64,000 nt of DNA from an uncultured Chloroflexia bacterium (GTDB lineage: Bacteria; Chloroflexota; Limnocylindria; QHBO01): the NCBI GenBank assembly GCA_963837425.1, contig CAWINH010000002.1, positions 425,344 through 489,343 on the forward strand. Reading direction: 5' to 3'. Made by a program: the position numbers and the translations under genes. Below, piece after piece: positions 9,068 through 19,519 of this stretch (position 1 is the first letter of the stretch; the number at the start of each line of letters is the position of its first letter). Under the pieces are notes generated by a model, which was given only the letters and a program-made list of their open reading frames with translations, searched no databases and had not been told where the DNA came from.

Positions 9068-9700
9068 TCATCCTCGCCGATGGGCGGTGCCCCGGGGGCG
9101 GCTGTCTACTCGCGCTGCGCCGGGCCTGCCAGGTGGGAGCGATCCATGCCGTGAGACGAGGGACCCGGGTGGGCCCCAGAAGCTCGGTCTTTCGAGAAGA
9201 TGCCCGAGCTCCCCCAGGCGCTGCGGCGACCCGGATCGGAGCGCAGGTTGGCCGGGTCGATGAGGGCTGATCAAGCTCGTCGAAGTCGCGCTCCTCGAAG
9301 CCAACCAAGTCGAAAAAAGCGCGCGCGCGGCTCCTCGGTGGCGTAGCCGCGACCCCACCAGGGCTTGCCGAGTGTCCAGACCACCCTCGCGGACCCGGAA
9401 CCAGTCGGAGCGGGATTCATGATGCCGATGCGCCCCAATCAGCTAGGCCGCTCGCCCGCCTCCTGCGACAACCGCCCAGACGCCGTGGGCCGGCGCAGCA
9501 CCCAGTGGCCGAAACCCAACCGGCGATCGAGCGCCAGCACTCCTGCCGGGGGTAAAAACGGAATCCGGAACAAGGTCGCCGACGAACAACGCACGACCTC
9601 GGGATCCTGCATGAGTGCGAAGAGCGACTCCGCGTCTGCTCGTCGCGGAACGGCCGCAGGATCAGTAGCCCGGGTCTCGATCGTGGAAGGATCAGCGGGG
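9068..9700 (-). pseudogene. GNAT (RimJ/RimL-like) N-acetyltransferase remnant, heavily frameshifted
   Basis: Minus-strand pieces LILRPFRDE / DAESLFALMQDPEVVR / PWWGRGYATE / GFEERDFDELDQ / ERPSFWGPPGSLVSRHG lie in three frames. Confidence 0.35.
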
Positions 9701-10214
9701 ATCTCCCCATCCGTGCGATCATGCCGGGGAGCCCGGGCGAGGCTGTGCGGAGCGGCAGGAGCGCAGCGATGTCAGCCGGCGGCTCAGCTCCTGATCGGAA
9801 GGATCTCGACGCTGCGGTGGCCAGGAGGAGGCCGTGAGTCGGCCAGGGGGGGGCAAAGAACGAGCGATAAAAACGCTGTCCGAGGCGGCGCGAGCGCGGC
9901 TTCGAGCGCCTGGCAGGGGCGGTGCCGCCGGGAGTGCAGACCGTAGGGGTCTTCGCCAAATCTGAGCACCAGCAGCCAGCCAGCGGGGAAAAATCGCCGA
10001 ATCGCCCGAGACGAACCTCGACGGTGGGGTCCGAGGCCGGGGGCGACGAGCGTGAACTCGGTGCGAACGACGCTGGCGGCGGTGGTCGGGGGGAGAGTGT
10101 GCGTAGCATCGGCGGGGGGCACCGTGACAGCTCGTGTGTTCGCGGGAAGTGGATGTGTCAGCCCAACTGCGTCGAAGATCGCGGGCTGAGCACGCGCTAG
10201 GGGTTGTTCTCAAT

Positions 10215-10228
10215 AGAACGGGTGTTCT
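10215..10228. promoter_or_regulatory. LexA (SOS) box AGAACGGGTGTTCT upstream of dnaE2. An overlapping GTTCTCAATAGAAC half-site pair sits at 10205-10219.
   Basis: Perfect AGAAC-N4-GTTCT palindrome 16 bp before the ATG at 10244. Same half-sites as the imuA box. Confidence 0.7.
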
Positions 10229-10243
10229 ATTCTTGCAGGTCCG

Positions 10244-13200
10244 ATGACCGGGCCGGAGCCGGCTACTGCGAGCTCCACGCGCACACCAACTTCAGCTTCC
10301 TTGACGGTGCCAGCCACCCGGAGGAGCTGGTGGGTCGCGCAGCGCTGCTAGGCATGCCGGGGCTGGCCATCACCGACCATGCCGGCCTGTACGCCGCGGT
10401 CCGCCTCTGGAAGGCGGCCGCCCAGACCCGGACCGATGCGGCGCGTGCCGCCGGCCTGGAGCCGGTCACCGCGATCATCGGCCTGGAGCTGGCCATTCCC
10501 CGGGACGAGGGGGAGCTGCGCCTGGCGCGTCGCGGCCGCAAGCTGAACGACCCGCTCCGGGGCAGCAGGGCGAGCCGCGGCTGGCCGGGCGAGCTCCACG
10601 CCGGGCCCGATCCCCGGGCGACCACCTCGTCCTGCTGGCCCGCGACGCCGCCGGCTACACCGCCCTCTCCCGCCTCGCATCCCGCGGCCACCTGGCCGGG
10701 GAGAAGCAGTTCCCGGTCTTCGAGCGCACGCTCGTGGAGGCCGCGCTGGACGAGGCGCGCGGCCACCTGGTGGGCCTTTCCGGCTGCCGCAACGGGGAGG
10801 TGCCACGCCGCCTGCTCAACGGAGAGGCGGATGCCGCCCGCGCGGCAGCGGAACGCTGGGCCCGCCACTTCCCGGGGGGTGACTTCGCGGTGGAGCTTAG
10901 CCACCACCTGCTGCCGGACGACGACTGGCTCACCGCGCAGCTGGCCGGGTTGGCCGAGGCCGCGGGCCTGCCACGGTGGTCAGCAACGAGGTGCACTACA
11001 CCGAGCCGGGCGGCCATCGCCTCCAGGACGTGCTGGTCTGCATCCGTCACGGCGCCACCCTGGAGGAGGCCCGCGAGCTGCTCCTCCCCAACGCCGAGTA
11101 CCGGCTGAAATCGGGGGCCGAGCTCGCCGCCCTGGGCAACGGGTTGCCGGATGCCAGCGCTCGCGAGCCTGGGCCGACGGGATGGTGCAGGCGGCAGCCA
11201 TCGGCCAGTCCTGCAGGCTGGACCTGGACTTCGAACGCTATCGGTTCCCGGGCTTCACGGTCCCCGAGGGCGAGACGCCGTTCTCATATCTCTACCAGCT
11301 TGCCCACGACGGCTTACGGCAGCGTTATCGGCCCATTACCAAGCAGGCCGTCACCCAGCTGGCGCACGAGCTCGACATCATCGAGCGCACGAACCTGGCC
11401 GAGTTCTTCCTCATCGTCTGGGACCTGATGGAGTTCGCGCGGGCCGGTGGGATCATCGGGCAGGGGCGGGGGAGTGCCGGCGACTCGATCGTGGCCTACT
11501 GCCTGGGCATCACCAAGGTGGACCCCATCGAACACAAGCTCCTCTTCGAGCGCTTCATCAACGAGGCGCGGACGCTGCCGGACATCGACATCGACTTCGA
11601 CGTCAACCGGCGCGAGGAGGTGATCCAGTACCTCTACACCCGCTACGGCGAGGATCACGCCGCCATGGTCTGCACCGTCATCACCTACCGGGCTCGCTCG
11701 GCGGTGCGCGAGGTGGCCAAGGCACTCGCCTTCCCGCCCGAGGCGGTGGACCGGGTGGCCAAGGCGCTCGACACCCGCGACGCCACCGACGTGGCCCGCG
11801 ACCTGGCCCTGGACGGCAGCTTCGGTTGGCTGTTCACCGAGCTGGGGCTGCCCATGGCGGCGGCGGCGGTTCCCTCCGGCCGTGATGGACGGGCCGATGC
11901 GGGCCGGTCGTCCGCCAGCCCTCCGACTCCCCCTGGCATGGCAGCCCGCGCCCAACCCTGGCGCTGCGCGCCACTGCCGCTGCGCTCCGACCTGGCCGAT
12001 GCCGAGGCGCGCGCCCGGGACGCGGCGAACGACCATGACGGGCGGCCGTACAGCGAGTCGGGCTGGGTCCCGCCGCGGCGGCCGAGCGTGCTGGACCAGT
12101 CGGTCGTCAGCGTCAAGCACGAGGGCTGGCAGCAGAAGCGCTATGGCCGGGGGGGCTGCGCGGGCTGGGCGCCAGCGAGTCGCTGGCCGTGCCGCAGCCG
12201 CGCGACACCGGATCGCCGGGGCCGTGGAGCGGCCCGTGGTCGTCCGGGTTGACCCGGAGAGCGGCATGCCGATCGAGGAGCGACGCCGGCCGAGCGTCAT
12301 CCGAGGAGAGCGGACGACATCCCGCCCTCCAGTCACCCTCGCCCCACGCGCCACCTCGCAACCGCTGGCAATGGCTCCTGACCCTGTGCGCGGAGATCGA
12401 TGGCTTCCCGCGCCACCTGGGGATTCACGTGGGCGGGATGCTCGTCACCCGCACCCCGCTCATCGACCTGGTGCCCATCGAGCGGGCCAGCATGCCGGGC
12501 CGGGTGGTGACCCAGTACGACAAGGAGGACATCGAGGCGCTGGGCCTGGTGAAGATCGACCTCCTCAGCCTGCGGACCCTGGGCGTCGTCTCCGACGCGC
12601 TCGACCGGATCGAACGCGACACCGGCACCAGGATCGACCTCGACAGCCTCCCCCACGACGATCCCGAGGTGTTCCGCACCATCCGCGCCGCGGACACGGT
12701 GGGCATGTTCCAGGTCGAGTCGCGGGCCCAGATGCAGGCCCTCCCCAAGGCGCGGCCGGAGCGCTTCGAGGACCTCGTGGTCCAGGTGGCGATCATCCGT
12801 CCCGGCCCGGTGCAGGGCAACGCCGTCCATCCCTACCTGCGGCGACGCGCCGGCCAGGAGCCGGTGGTCTACCCCCATCCCAGCCTGGAGCCGATCCTGG
12901 GCGACACCCTGGGCGTGATCCTCTACCAGGAGCAGGTGATGCAGGTCGCCATCGACGTCTGCGGCTACTCGCCGCTGGAGGCGGACATCTTCCGCAAGGC
13001 GATGGGCTCCCATCGCAGCCATGCGAAGATGCAGGCCGAGCGCGATCGGTTCGTGGGCGGCGCCATGCGCACCGGCCTGACCGAGCCCGATGCGGAGGAC
13101 CTCTTCAAGCGCTGCAGCGCCTTCGCCGAGTTCGGCTTCGCGCGGGCCCACGCGGCGGCCTTCGCCAAGATCACCTACGACACCGCCTGGCTGAAGATCC

Positions 13201-14114
13201 ACTACCCGGCGCACTACTACGCGGGCGTCCTGAACAACCAGCCGATGGGCTTCTACTCGCCGGCGGTCGTGCTGGGTGACGCGAAGCGCCACCGCATCAG
13301 GGTGCTGCCGGTGGACGTCAACGCATCGGCCTGGGAGCACGATACCCGGCCGGTCGGCGACGGCACCTTCGCCCTGCGCCTGGGCCTGCGCCAGGTGAAG
13401 GGGATCGACGACGCCGCGCGCGAGACGCTCGAGCGCGAGCGCGACATCGGTCCCTACGCCGGCGTCCGCGACTTCGTGGCACGCACCGGCCTCGGCGAGC
13501 AGGTCGTCGAGCGGCTCATTGCGGTGGGCGCCTTCGACTGGACCGATGCGCCCCGCCGCGAGCTCCTCTGGCAGCTGCGCACCACGATGGCCGACGCCAA
13601 CCCCGCGCGTCCCGCGCTGGGCCTGACCGATGACGCTCAGCGGGCGCTGGGCGCCTCGCTCCCGCAGATGACCTTCGCGGAGAAGGTGGCCGCCGACTAT
13701 CGCGAGCTGGGCCTGTCGCAGACGGCCCACGCCGTCGAGCTGTTCCGCGAGCGGCTCGGCGCGCGAGGGGTGATCACCGTGGCCGAGGCGGGGGAGCGAC
13801 GGGATCGGTCGTCCATCCGGCTGGCGGGCCTGGCGGTATCGGTCCAGCACCCGATGACCGCCAAGAACTTCGTCTTCATCGCGCTCGAGGACGAGACGGG
13901 GATGATCAACGTCACCCTCCGCCCGAACGTGTACACCGCGCATCGGTCCATGCTCCATCGCCATCCGCTGCTCGTCATCGATGGGACGCTGCAGGTCGAG
14001 GGGGAGGTGCTCAACGTCGTCGCGCGGCGCCTGCACCCGGTGGCGGAGGTGATCGCCGAGGACGCGCGCGACCCGCGTCTGCCACTCCGCAAACAGCAGC
14101 GCATGTTCCGCTGA
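10244..14114 (+). CDS. dnaE2: Error-prone DNA polymerase III alpha subunit DnaE2 (ImuC); many frame switches in the 5' half, 3' 1.9 kb intact
   Basis: PHP N-terminus YCELHAHTNFSFLDGASHPEELVGRAALLGMPGLAITDHAGLYAAVRLW. The pol III alpha core is PRHLGIHVGGMLVTRTPLIDLVPIERASMPGRVVTQYDKEDIEALGLVKIDLLSLRTLGVV ... MFQVESRAQMQALP ... YQEQVMQVA ... with a C-terminal OB region. A LexA box is upstream and imuA/imuB are nearby. Confidence 0.8.
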
Positions 14115-14184
14115 TTGGCCCTTGACGCCTCGCCCAATCCGACGCACGCTCCGCCCGTCCATCTCACCTTTGGGGAGAGCGAAC

Positions 14185-14649
14185 ATGACCCGGCCCGAGT
14201 CCGGCCCACGCGACCAGCACGGCGTGCGCTCCTTCCTCCGCGTCGGTGGGCCGATCCTGCTCGGGATCGGGCTGATCCTCACCATCGCCGGCCTCGCCAG
14301 CTTCTTTGCCGCGTTCGGCTCGTTCGGCGTGCCGAGCAACTTCTGGATGGCGTTCGTTGGCATGCCGCTGATCGGCATCGGGGCCTCCATGACCTGGATC
14401 GGCTACCTCGGCCCCGCGACCCGCTACGTGGCCGGCGAGCTCACGCCCACCCTCCGCGACACGCTCGGGTCGCTTGGCCTCTCATCGGGGACGAAGTGCC
14501 CTGCCTGCGGCGCTGCGAACGACCGCGACGCCCGGTTCTGCGACGCGTGCGGCCATGCGCTGAGCGCGGCCTGCCCCTCCTGCGGGGCCGCCAACCATGC
14601 CGGAGCTCGCTTCTGCGACTCGTGCGGGGCGGCGCTGAACAGCCCTTGA
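14185..14649 (+). CDS. Membrane protein with C-terminal double zinc-ribbon (2x CPxCG...FCDxCG)
   Basis: Two or three TM helices, then KCPACGAANDRDARFCDACGHALSAACPSCGAANHAGARFCDSCGAAL. Confidence 0.6.
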   Translation: MTRPESGPRDQHGVRSFLRVGGPILLGIGLILTIAGLASFFAAFGSFGVPSNFWMAFVGMPLIGIGASMTWIGYLGPATRYVAGELTPTLRDTLGSLGLSSGTKCPACGAANDRDARFCDACGHALSAACPSCGAANHAGARFCDSCGAALNSP

Positions 14650-14707
14650 CGGGCCCGCTCGGCGGACGCACCCTCGACGCAGTGGACCAGCAGCGGAGGG
14701 CAGACCG

Positions 14708-14977
14708 ATGTCCGAGGGACACGCAGAAGAGCAGGCGGTCGGGACCGTCACCCATTACTTCGGCCATCTGCAGGTGGCGGCGGTGACGCTGACGAGGGCG
14801 CTGAAGCTCGGCGACCGGATTCACATCGTGGGACACACCACCGACCTCGAGCAGACCGTGGACTCGATGGAAGTCGAGCACGAGAAGGTCGAGAGCGCCG
14901 GCCCGGGTGACGACGTTGCGCTCGCCGTCGCCGATCACGTCCGCGAGAACGACCGGATCTACCGCGAGGACGGCTGA
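14708..14977 (+). CDS. Small (89 aa) hypothetical protein, possibly EF-Tu domain-2-like beta-barrel
   Basis: Intact ORF GTVTHYFGHLQVAAVTLTRALKLGDRIHIVGHTTDLEQTVDSMEVEHEKVESAGPGDDVALAV. Pattern resembles translation-factor beta-barrel small proteins. Confidence 0.4.
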   Translation: MSEGHAEEQAVGTVTHYFGHLQVAAVTLTRALKLGDRIHIVGHTTDLEQTVDSMEVEHEKVESAGPGDDVALAVADHVRENDRIYREDG

Positions 14978-15046
14978 GCGCCTCCTCCGCATCCGGCGGC
15001 TCCCCGATTAGACTTCTCCGCGCAGCGGAGGAGGACGGAGCAGGGC

Positions 15047-16021
15047 ATGGCGGCGATCGAGGACGGCGAGCTTCGGGTTCGCAACGAGCGGTGGCTGATG
15101 GTCGCCATCGGCGCGTACGCCGTCCTCGTCGTGGCGCTCATGGTCGGGGGCGGCCTCGAGATCCACCCCGACGTCCTGGCGGTCGCCTTCCTCCTTGTCG
15201 CGGTCCTCCTGGGGCGGACCTGGCTCTTCCTTCGCGACTGGGTTCCTTTCGTCGCGATCTTCCTCGCCTACGAGCTCATGCGCGGCATCGCCGATGACGC
15301 CGGCTTCCCGGTTCACGTGCACGACGTCATCGCCGCCGAACGCTTCATCGCGTTCGGGCACCTGCCGACCCAGGTGCTGCAGGACTGGCTGGCGCCCGCC
15401 TCGGGGGTGGGCGCGGCGGCGATCGTGGCCACCATCCTCTACATGCTCCACTTCGCGCTGCCGGTCGTCACCGGCTTCCTGCTCTGGCTGTGGCGTCGCC
15501 CGCTCTACTACGAGTACGTGGCCGCCTTCATCCTCCTCAGCTTCGCGGGGTTCATCACCTTCCTGCTGCTGCCGGTGGCGCCCCCGTGGTGGGCGGCCGG
15601 GCTCGGTGCTCTCAACGGCCCGGACGGGCAGCCCGTGATCCGCTACCTGAAGCCGGACGCCTTTGCGGTGATCGCCCATGCGCTCGGCTATCCGAACGGC
15701 GAGCAGCTGAGCTCCTACATCTTCTACGGCGTGAATCCGAACGGCGTGGCCGCCTTCCCGTCGCTGCACGCCGGATATCCGTTCCTCGCGTTCCTCGTCC
15801 TGCGTCGAGCGTTCGGCAGGGTCGGCTGGCTCGCGCTGGCCTACGCGGTCGCGGTCTGGTGGGCGGTGGTCTTCACCGGCGATCACTGGGTCGTGGACGT
15901 GCTTGGCGGCATCGCGTACGCGGCCGCCGCGTTCTTCGGCACCCGGCTCCTGTTCCGTCGCCTGAGGGCCCCGGACCACGTCCGCGTCCCCGGAGGCGAG
16001 GCGGAAACGGCCCCCACGTGA
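15047..16021 (+). CDS. PAP2-superfamily membrane protein (PAP2_3 / inositol-phosphorylceramide-synthase-like), paralog 1
   Basis: Six or more TM helices. PAP2 motifs PSLHAGYPF and FTGDHWVVDVLGGI. 324 aa, intact. Confidence 0.7.
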   Translation: MAAIEDGELRVRNERWLMVAIGAYAVLVVALMVGGGLEIHPDVLAVAFLLVAVLLGRTWLFLRDWVPFVAIFLAYELMRGIADDAGFPVHVHDVIAAERFIAFGHLPTQVLQDWLAPASGVGAAAIVATILYMLHFALPVVTGFLLWLWRRPLYYEYVAAFILLSFAGFITFLLLPVAPPWWAAGLGALNGPDGQPVIRYLKPDAFAVIAHALGYPNGEQLSSYIFYGVNPNGVAAFPSLHAGYPFLAFLVLRRAFGRVGWLALAYAVAVWWAVVFTGDHWVVDVLGGIAYAAAAFFGTRLLFRRLRAPDHVRVPGGEAETAPT

Positions 16022-17019
16022 CCCAGGCCGGCAATCGGGCGAGGCCTGCCACGATCGGCCCGGCGGTACCGGACCCGAGCCTCTCCGGCTGGTTCGACAC
16101 GATGCTGCTGGTGGTGGCCGTGGGCTACGCCGCGTTCATCGGCCTCCTCAGCCTCGTCAACCACGTGGCGCCGACCCCGGACGTGGCGCTCGTGGCGCTC
16201 GGGTTCGCGGTCGTGCTCGTGACCCGGACCCGCGCCGGACTGCTGCGGGAGTGGACCCCGTTCCTGCTCCTCTTCCTCGCCTACGAGCTGATGCGGGGCC
16301 TTGCCGACGACGCGGGGCTGCCGGTCCACGTCAGCGACGTCGTCGCGGTGGAGCGGGCGCTCTTCGGTGGTGGACTGCCGACCGCCGCCCTCCAGGCGCT
16401 CTTCCACCCCGCGAGCGGCGTCGACGTGCTCGCCGTGATCGGGACCGTGGTCTACATGCTCCATTTCCCGCTTCCCCTCGTGACCGGGCTCGTCCTGTGG
16501 CGCTGGCGGCGCGACCTCTTCCACCCCTACCTCGTGGCCCTCATCCTCCTCAGCTTCGCGGGCTTCGTGACGTACCTCCTGCTGCCGGTGGCGCCGCCCT
16601 GGCTGGCGGCGGAGCAGGGCAAGCTCGCCGCCCCACCCGGCGAATCTCCGATCAGCTATCTCAAGCCCGATGCCTTCATGGCCCTCACCGGGTGGCTCGG
16701 GCTTCCCGGCAGGTCGCTCTACGACCTCACCTTCATGAGCCTGAACGCGAACCCGGTCGCCGCGTTCCCGTCGCTGCACGCCGGCTACCCGTTCCTCACC
16801 TTCCTCGTCCTGCGCCGCGGCTTCGGTCGCATCGGATGGCTGGCGCTCGCATACGCGGCGCTCGTGTCGGTGACGGTCGTGTACACCGCCGATCACTGGG
16901 TCGTGGATGTCCTGGCCGGGATCGGGTACGCGACGGGCGCCTACCTCCTCACCGGCTGGCTCGTGCGCCGACGCCGGGAGCGGACGGCACCGGCCCGTGG
17001 CGCCGGATCGGGCGGGTAG
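16018..17019 (+). CDS. PAP2-superfamily membrane protein, paralog 2 (tandem duplicate; GTG start overlapping upstream stop)
   Basis: Roughly 60% identical to 15047-16021, with the same motifs PSLHAGYPF / YTADHWVVDVLAGI. Confidence 0.7.
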   Translation: MTQAGNRARPATIGPAVPDPSLSGWFDTMLLVVAVGYAAFIGLLSLVNHVAPTPDVALVALGFAVVLVTRTRAGLLREWTPFLLLFLAYELMRGLADDAGLPVHVSDVVAVERALFGGGLPTAALQALFHPASGVDVLAVIGTVVYMLHFPLPLVTGLVLWRWRRDLFHPYLVALILLSFAGFVTYLLLPVAPPWLAAEQGKLAAPPGESPISYLKPDAFMALTGWLGLPGRSLYDLTFMSLNANPVAAFPSLHAGYPFLTFLVLRRGFGRIGWLALAYAALVSVTVVYTADHWVVDVLAGIGYATGAYLLTGWLVRRRRERTAPARGAGSGG

Positions 17020-17023
17020 GGCG

Positions 17024-17710
17024 ATGACCATGCGCCTTGGGCCGCTCCGGGTGGAGGACGTGCTGCTCGGCGCGGCCAACCTCATCGCCCCGTCGCTGTT
17101 CGGCGGCGGCATCAACCTCGACGCGGCGCCCGATCCGGGGCTTGGGCTCCTCATGGTCCTCGCCCTCGCGGCGGCGGTGGTGGGCATCGGCCTCCGCCCC
17201 GCGGTCCAGCCATCGCTGCGCGCGGGACCGGTCCAGGCCCCTCGCTGGGGGCTCATCGGCCCGTTGATGGGCGGCTTCTACTTCGTGGGTGCAATGGCCG
17301 GTGAGCAGCTGGGGATGTCCGATGGCTCGCCGATCGCCGCCGGGGCGATCGTGCTGGCCGGCGCCGCGGCGGCCACGAACCAGTGGCTGCCGGTCGCCGA
17401 TCCCGCCGTGCGGCGCGCGCTCATCACGCCCTTCGTGCTCGTCTGCGGCGGCCTCTTCGCCGGCTTTGCCGGCGGGATCCTCGGCAGCATCGACGTCGGA
17501 GCCATGATCCGCGAGGCCCCGGCGGTCGGCACGAGCTTCGCGCTCTTCGTCGCCGTGTTGCTGACCGGCGGCATCGCGGTCTACTACACGATGTTCGTGG
17601 CTGCGCCGCGTGAGCTCGCCGACCCCGAGGTGCGCAGCTGGGTCTGGATCCCGCGCTTCGTCGTCTTCCTGGCGACCGCGCTGATCGGCTTTGGGCCGAT
17701 CATCTTCTGA
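17024..17710 (+). CDS. Hypothetical integral membrane protein (four or more TM helices)
   Basis: MTMRLGPLRVEDVLLGAANLIAPSLFGGGINL... It is hydrophobic throughout and has no recognizable domain. Confidence 0.5.
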   Translation: MTMRLGPLRVEDVLLGAANLIAPSLFGGGINLDAAPDPGLGLLMVLALAAAVVGIGLRPAVQPSLRAGPVQAPRWGLIGPLMGGFYFVGAMAGEQLGMSDGSPIAAGAIVLAGAAAATNQWLPVADPAVRRALITPFVLVCGGLFAGFAGGILGSIDVGAMIREAPAVGTSFALFVAVLLTGGIAVYYTMFVAAPRELADPEVRSWVWIPRFVVFLATALIGFGPIIF

Positions 17711-17724
17711 GGCGCGGCGCCGAA

Positions 17725-18534
17725 TCAGGCCCCGCCGGCCGGGACGCCGAGGATCGTCGGCAACAGGGTTCCGAACGCGAAGCCGGCAATGCCCGCAAAC
17801 GCGCCGAGCGCAACGATCTCGAGGCCGGAGCGGAGCCACGGGCGCCGCGTCCAGCGAGACTTCACGACCCCGATCCCGAACAGGACCGCGCCGGTGAGCA
17901 GCACCGAGATCGGCGTGGCCGCCGACATCGGGATCAGGATGTAGGGGAGGATCGGGGGCAGTGCGCCGAGCCCGAACGCGGTGCCCATGATGAGCGCTCC
18001 CTGGAACGGGCCGGCAACCGCCTCGTCGCTCGCGACCCCGAGCTCCCTGGCGACCATCGTCGTCAGCAGGACCTCGGGATGGCCGGCCATGATCCGCGCC
18101 ACGTCCCCGGCCTGTGCCCGGGGAAGGCCCTCCTCCTCGAGCATGAAGGCCACCTCGGCCTCCGCCTCGCCCGGTCGCTCCTGGACCTCGGCACGCTCGC
18201 CCGAGATCTGCGCCTCGAAGATCTCTCGCTGGCTCTTGCTGCTCATGTACTCGCCGGCGGCCATCGAGAAGACCCCCGCCAGGCCCGATGCCACGCCGGC
18301 GACCAACACGGCGAACTGGCTCGACGAAGCGCCGGCCACGGTGCTCACCACCGCCACCGTGGAGACGAGCCCGTCCTGTGCTCCGAACACCGCCTCGCGG
18401 ATCTCGCCGAGCAGGCTGGCGGTCCGGCGCTCCTCGTCGAGGTGGGAGCGCAGCCAGCCCCGGTCGAACTCGGCCGCCGCGAGTCCGGCCCGGGACGCTT
18501 CGTCGTCGAGGGTCTCGAGGGTCGGATCGCTCAT
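17725..18534 (-). CDS. VIT1/CCC1 family (vacuolar iron transporter-like) membrane protein
   Basis: MSDPTLETLDDEASRAGLAAAEFDRGWLRSHLDEERRTASLLGEIREAVFGAQDGLVSTVAVVSTVAGA ... GEYMSSKSQREIFEAQISGER ... C-terminal TM bundle. Confidence 0.7.
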   Translation of the reverse strand: MSDPTLETLDDEASRAGLAAAEFDRGWLRSHLDEERRTASLLGEIREAVFGAQDGLVSTVAVVSTVAGASSSQFAVLVAGVASGLAGVFSMAAGEYMSSKSQREIFEAQISGERAEVQERPGEAEAEVAFMLEEEGLPRAQAGDVARIMAGHPEVLLTTMVARELGVASDEAVAGPFQGALIMGTAFGLGALPPILPYILIPMSAATPISVLLTGAVLFGIGVVKSRWTRRPWLRSGLEIVALGAFAGIAGFAFGTLLPTILGVPAGGA

Positions 18535-18625
18535 CGAGGCCAATCCTATCGGACGCTGATCGGGAACGCGGGACGCGGCTCTGGCGTCCTGCGGGTAGCA
18601 ACAGCATTCCGGGAGGATTGAAACC

Positions 18626-19519
18626 ATGCCAGCGCGCCGTCCCGCGGCGATCGCCGCGGTCCTGCTCATTGGCCTGCTGAGCGCCTGCGCGGCGGCCTCG
18701 CCGGCCGCTGAATTCGGCGCTGCGCGGGTAGCCGCACCCGCGCCGGGGACCGCCGACGGGGCGGCTCCGCAGCCCGGCACGGCCACCACCGACAACGGGA
18801 ACGTCCTGACCGGGCTCGCGGACCTCGGGGATCGGAAGATCGTGAAGACCGGCGAGATCACCGTCGAGGTGCCGAACGTCGGCGCGGCCGTCGGCATCGT
18901 GCGGGCCATGGCGCTCGACCTCGACGGGTACGTCGGCGATTCGAGCGCCGGGGAGGCGGACCAGGCGGCCACCCTCACCCTGCGAATACCGGCCGCCCGC
19001 TTCGACGATGCGCTGAAGCGGCTGCACGACATGGACGGCACGGTGATCGCGGAGGCGACTCGCGAGGAGGACGTCACTTCATCGGTCGTGGACCTCCAGG
19101 CCCGGATCGACAACCTGCAGGCCTCCGAGGATCAGTACCGGACCCTGCTGGGCCGCGCCGAGAAGATCGATGACATCCTGTCCGTCCAGCAGCACCTCGA
19201 CGACGTGCAGGGGCAGATCGAGCAGCTCACCGCCCAGCTCAAGTTGCTGAGCGGCCAGGCAGACCTGTCGACCCTGACCGTCACGCTCACCCCGCGCGAC
19301 ACGTCGGTGAAGCAGGCGGCGGCGGGCTGGGATCCGGGTTCGACCCTCGACAAGGCGCTCGCCGCGCTGGTGAGCGTGGGTCAGGCGCTCGGGACGGCCG
19401 GGATCTGGCTGGCCGTGGTCGGGCTGCCGATCCTCATCGTGCTGGCCATCCTGGCCCTCATCGGGGCGCGCTTCGGGCTTCGGCTTCCGCGACGGCGAGC
19501 GAGCCCGCCGTCCGCCTAG
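18626..19519 (+). CDS. DUF4349 lipoprotein (signal peptide + lipobox LLSAC, coiled-coil, C-terminal TM)
   Basis: MPARRPAAIAAVLLIGLLSACAAAS ... TGEITVEVPNVGAAVGIVRAMALDLDGYV ... IDNLQASEDQYRTLLGRAEKIDDILSVQQHLDDVQGQIEQLTAQLKLL ... C-terminal TM. Confidence 0.65.
   Translation: MPARRPAAIAAVLLIGLLSACAAASPAAEFGAARVAAPAPGTADGAAPQPGTATTDNGNVLTGLADLGDRKIVKTGEITVEVPNVGAAVGIVRAMALDLDGYVGDSSAGEADQAATLTLRIPAARFDDALKRLHDMDGTVIAEATREEDVTSSVVDLQARIDNLQASEDQYRTLLGRAEKIDDILSVQQHLDDVQGQIEQLTAQLKLLSGQADLSTLTVTLTPRDTSVKQAAAGWDPGSTLDKALAALVSVGQALGTAGIWLAVVGLPILIVLAILALIGARFGLRLPRRRASPPSA

Noticed and set aside
9365-10200. Plus-strand ORFs 9365-9946 and 9922-10200 upstream of dnaE2 as genes
   Set aside because: No homology and low-complexity composition. 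The minus strand of 9068-9700 carries recognizable GNAT motif fragments instead. The remainder is likely intergenic or decayed sequence.
10204-10243. ATG at 10204 as the dnaE2 start codon
   Set aside because: This ATG lies upstream of, and overlaps, the LexA operator (10205-10228). The operator would then be inside the coding region. The ATG at 10244 (MTGPEP...) directly follows the box and joins the YCELHAH PHP motif after a one-base shift.
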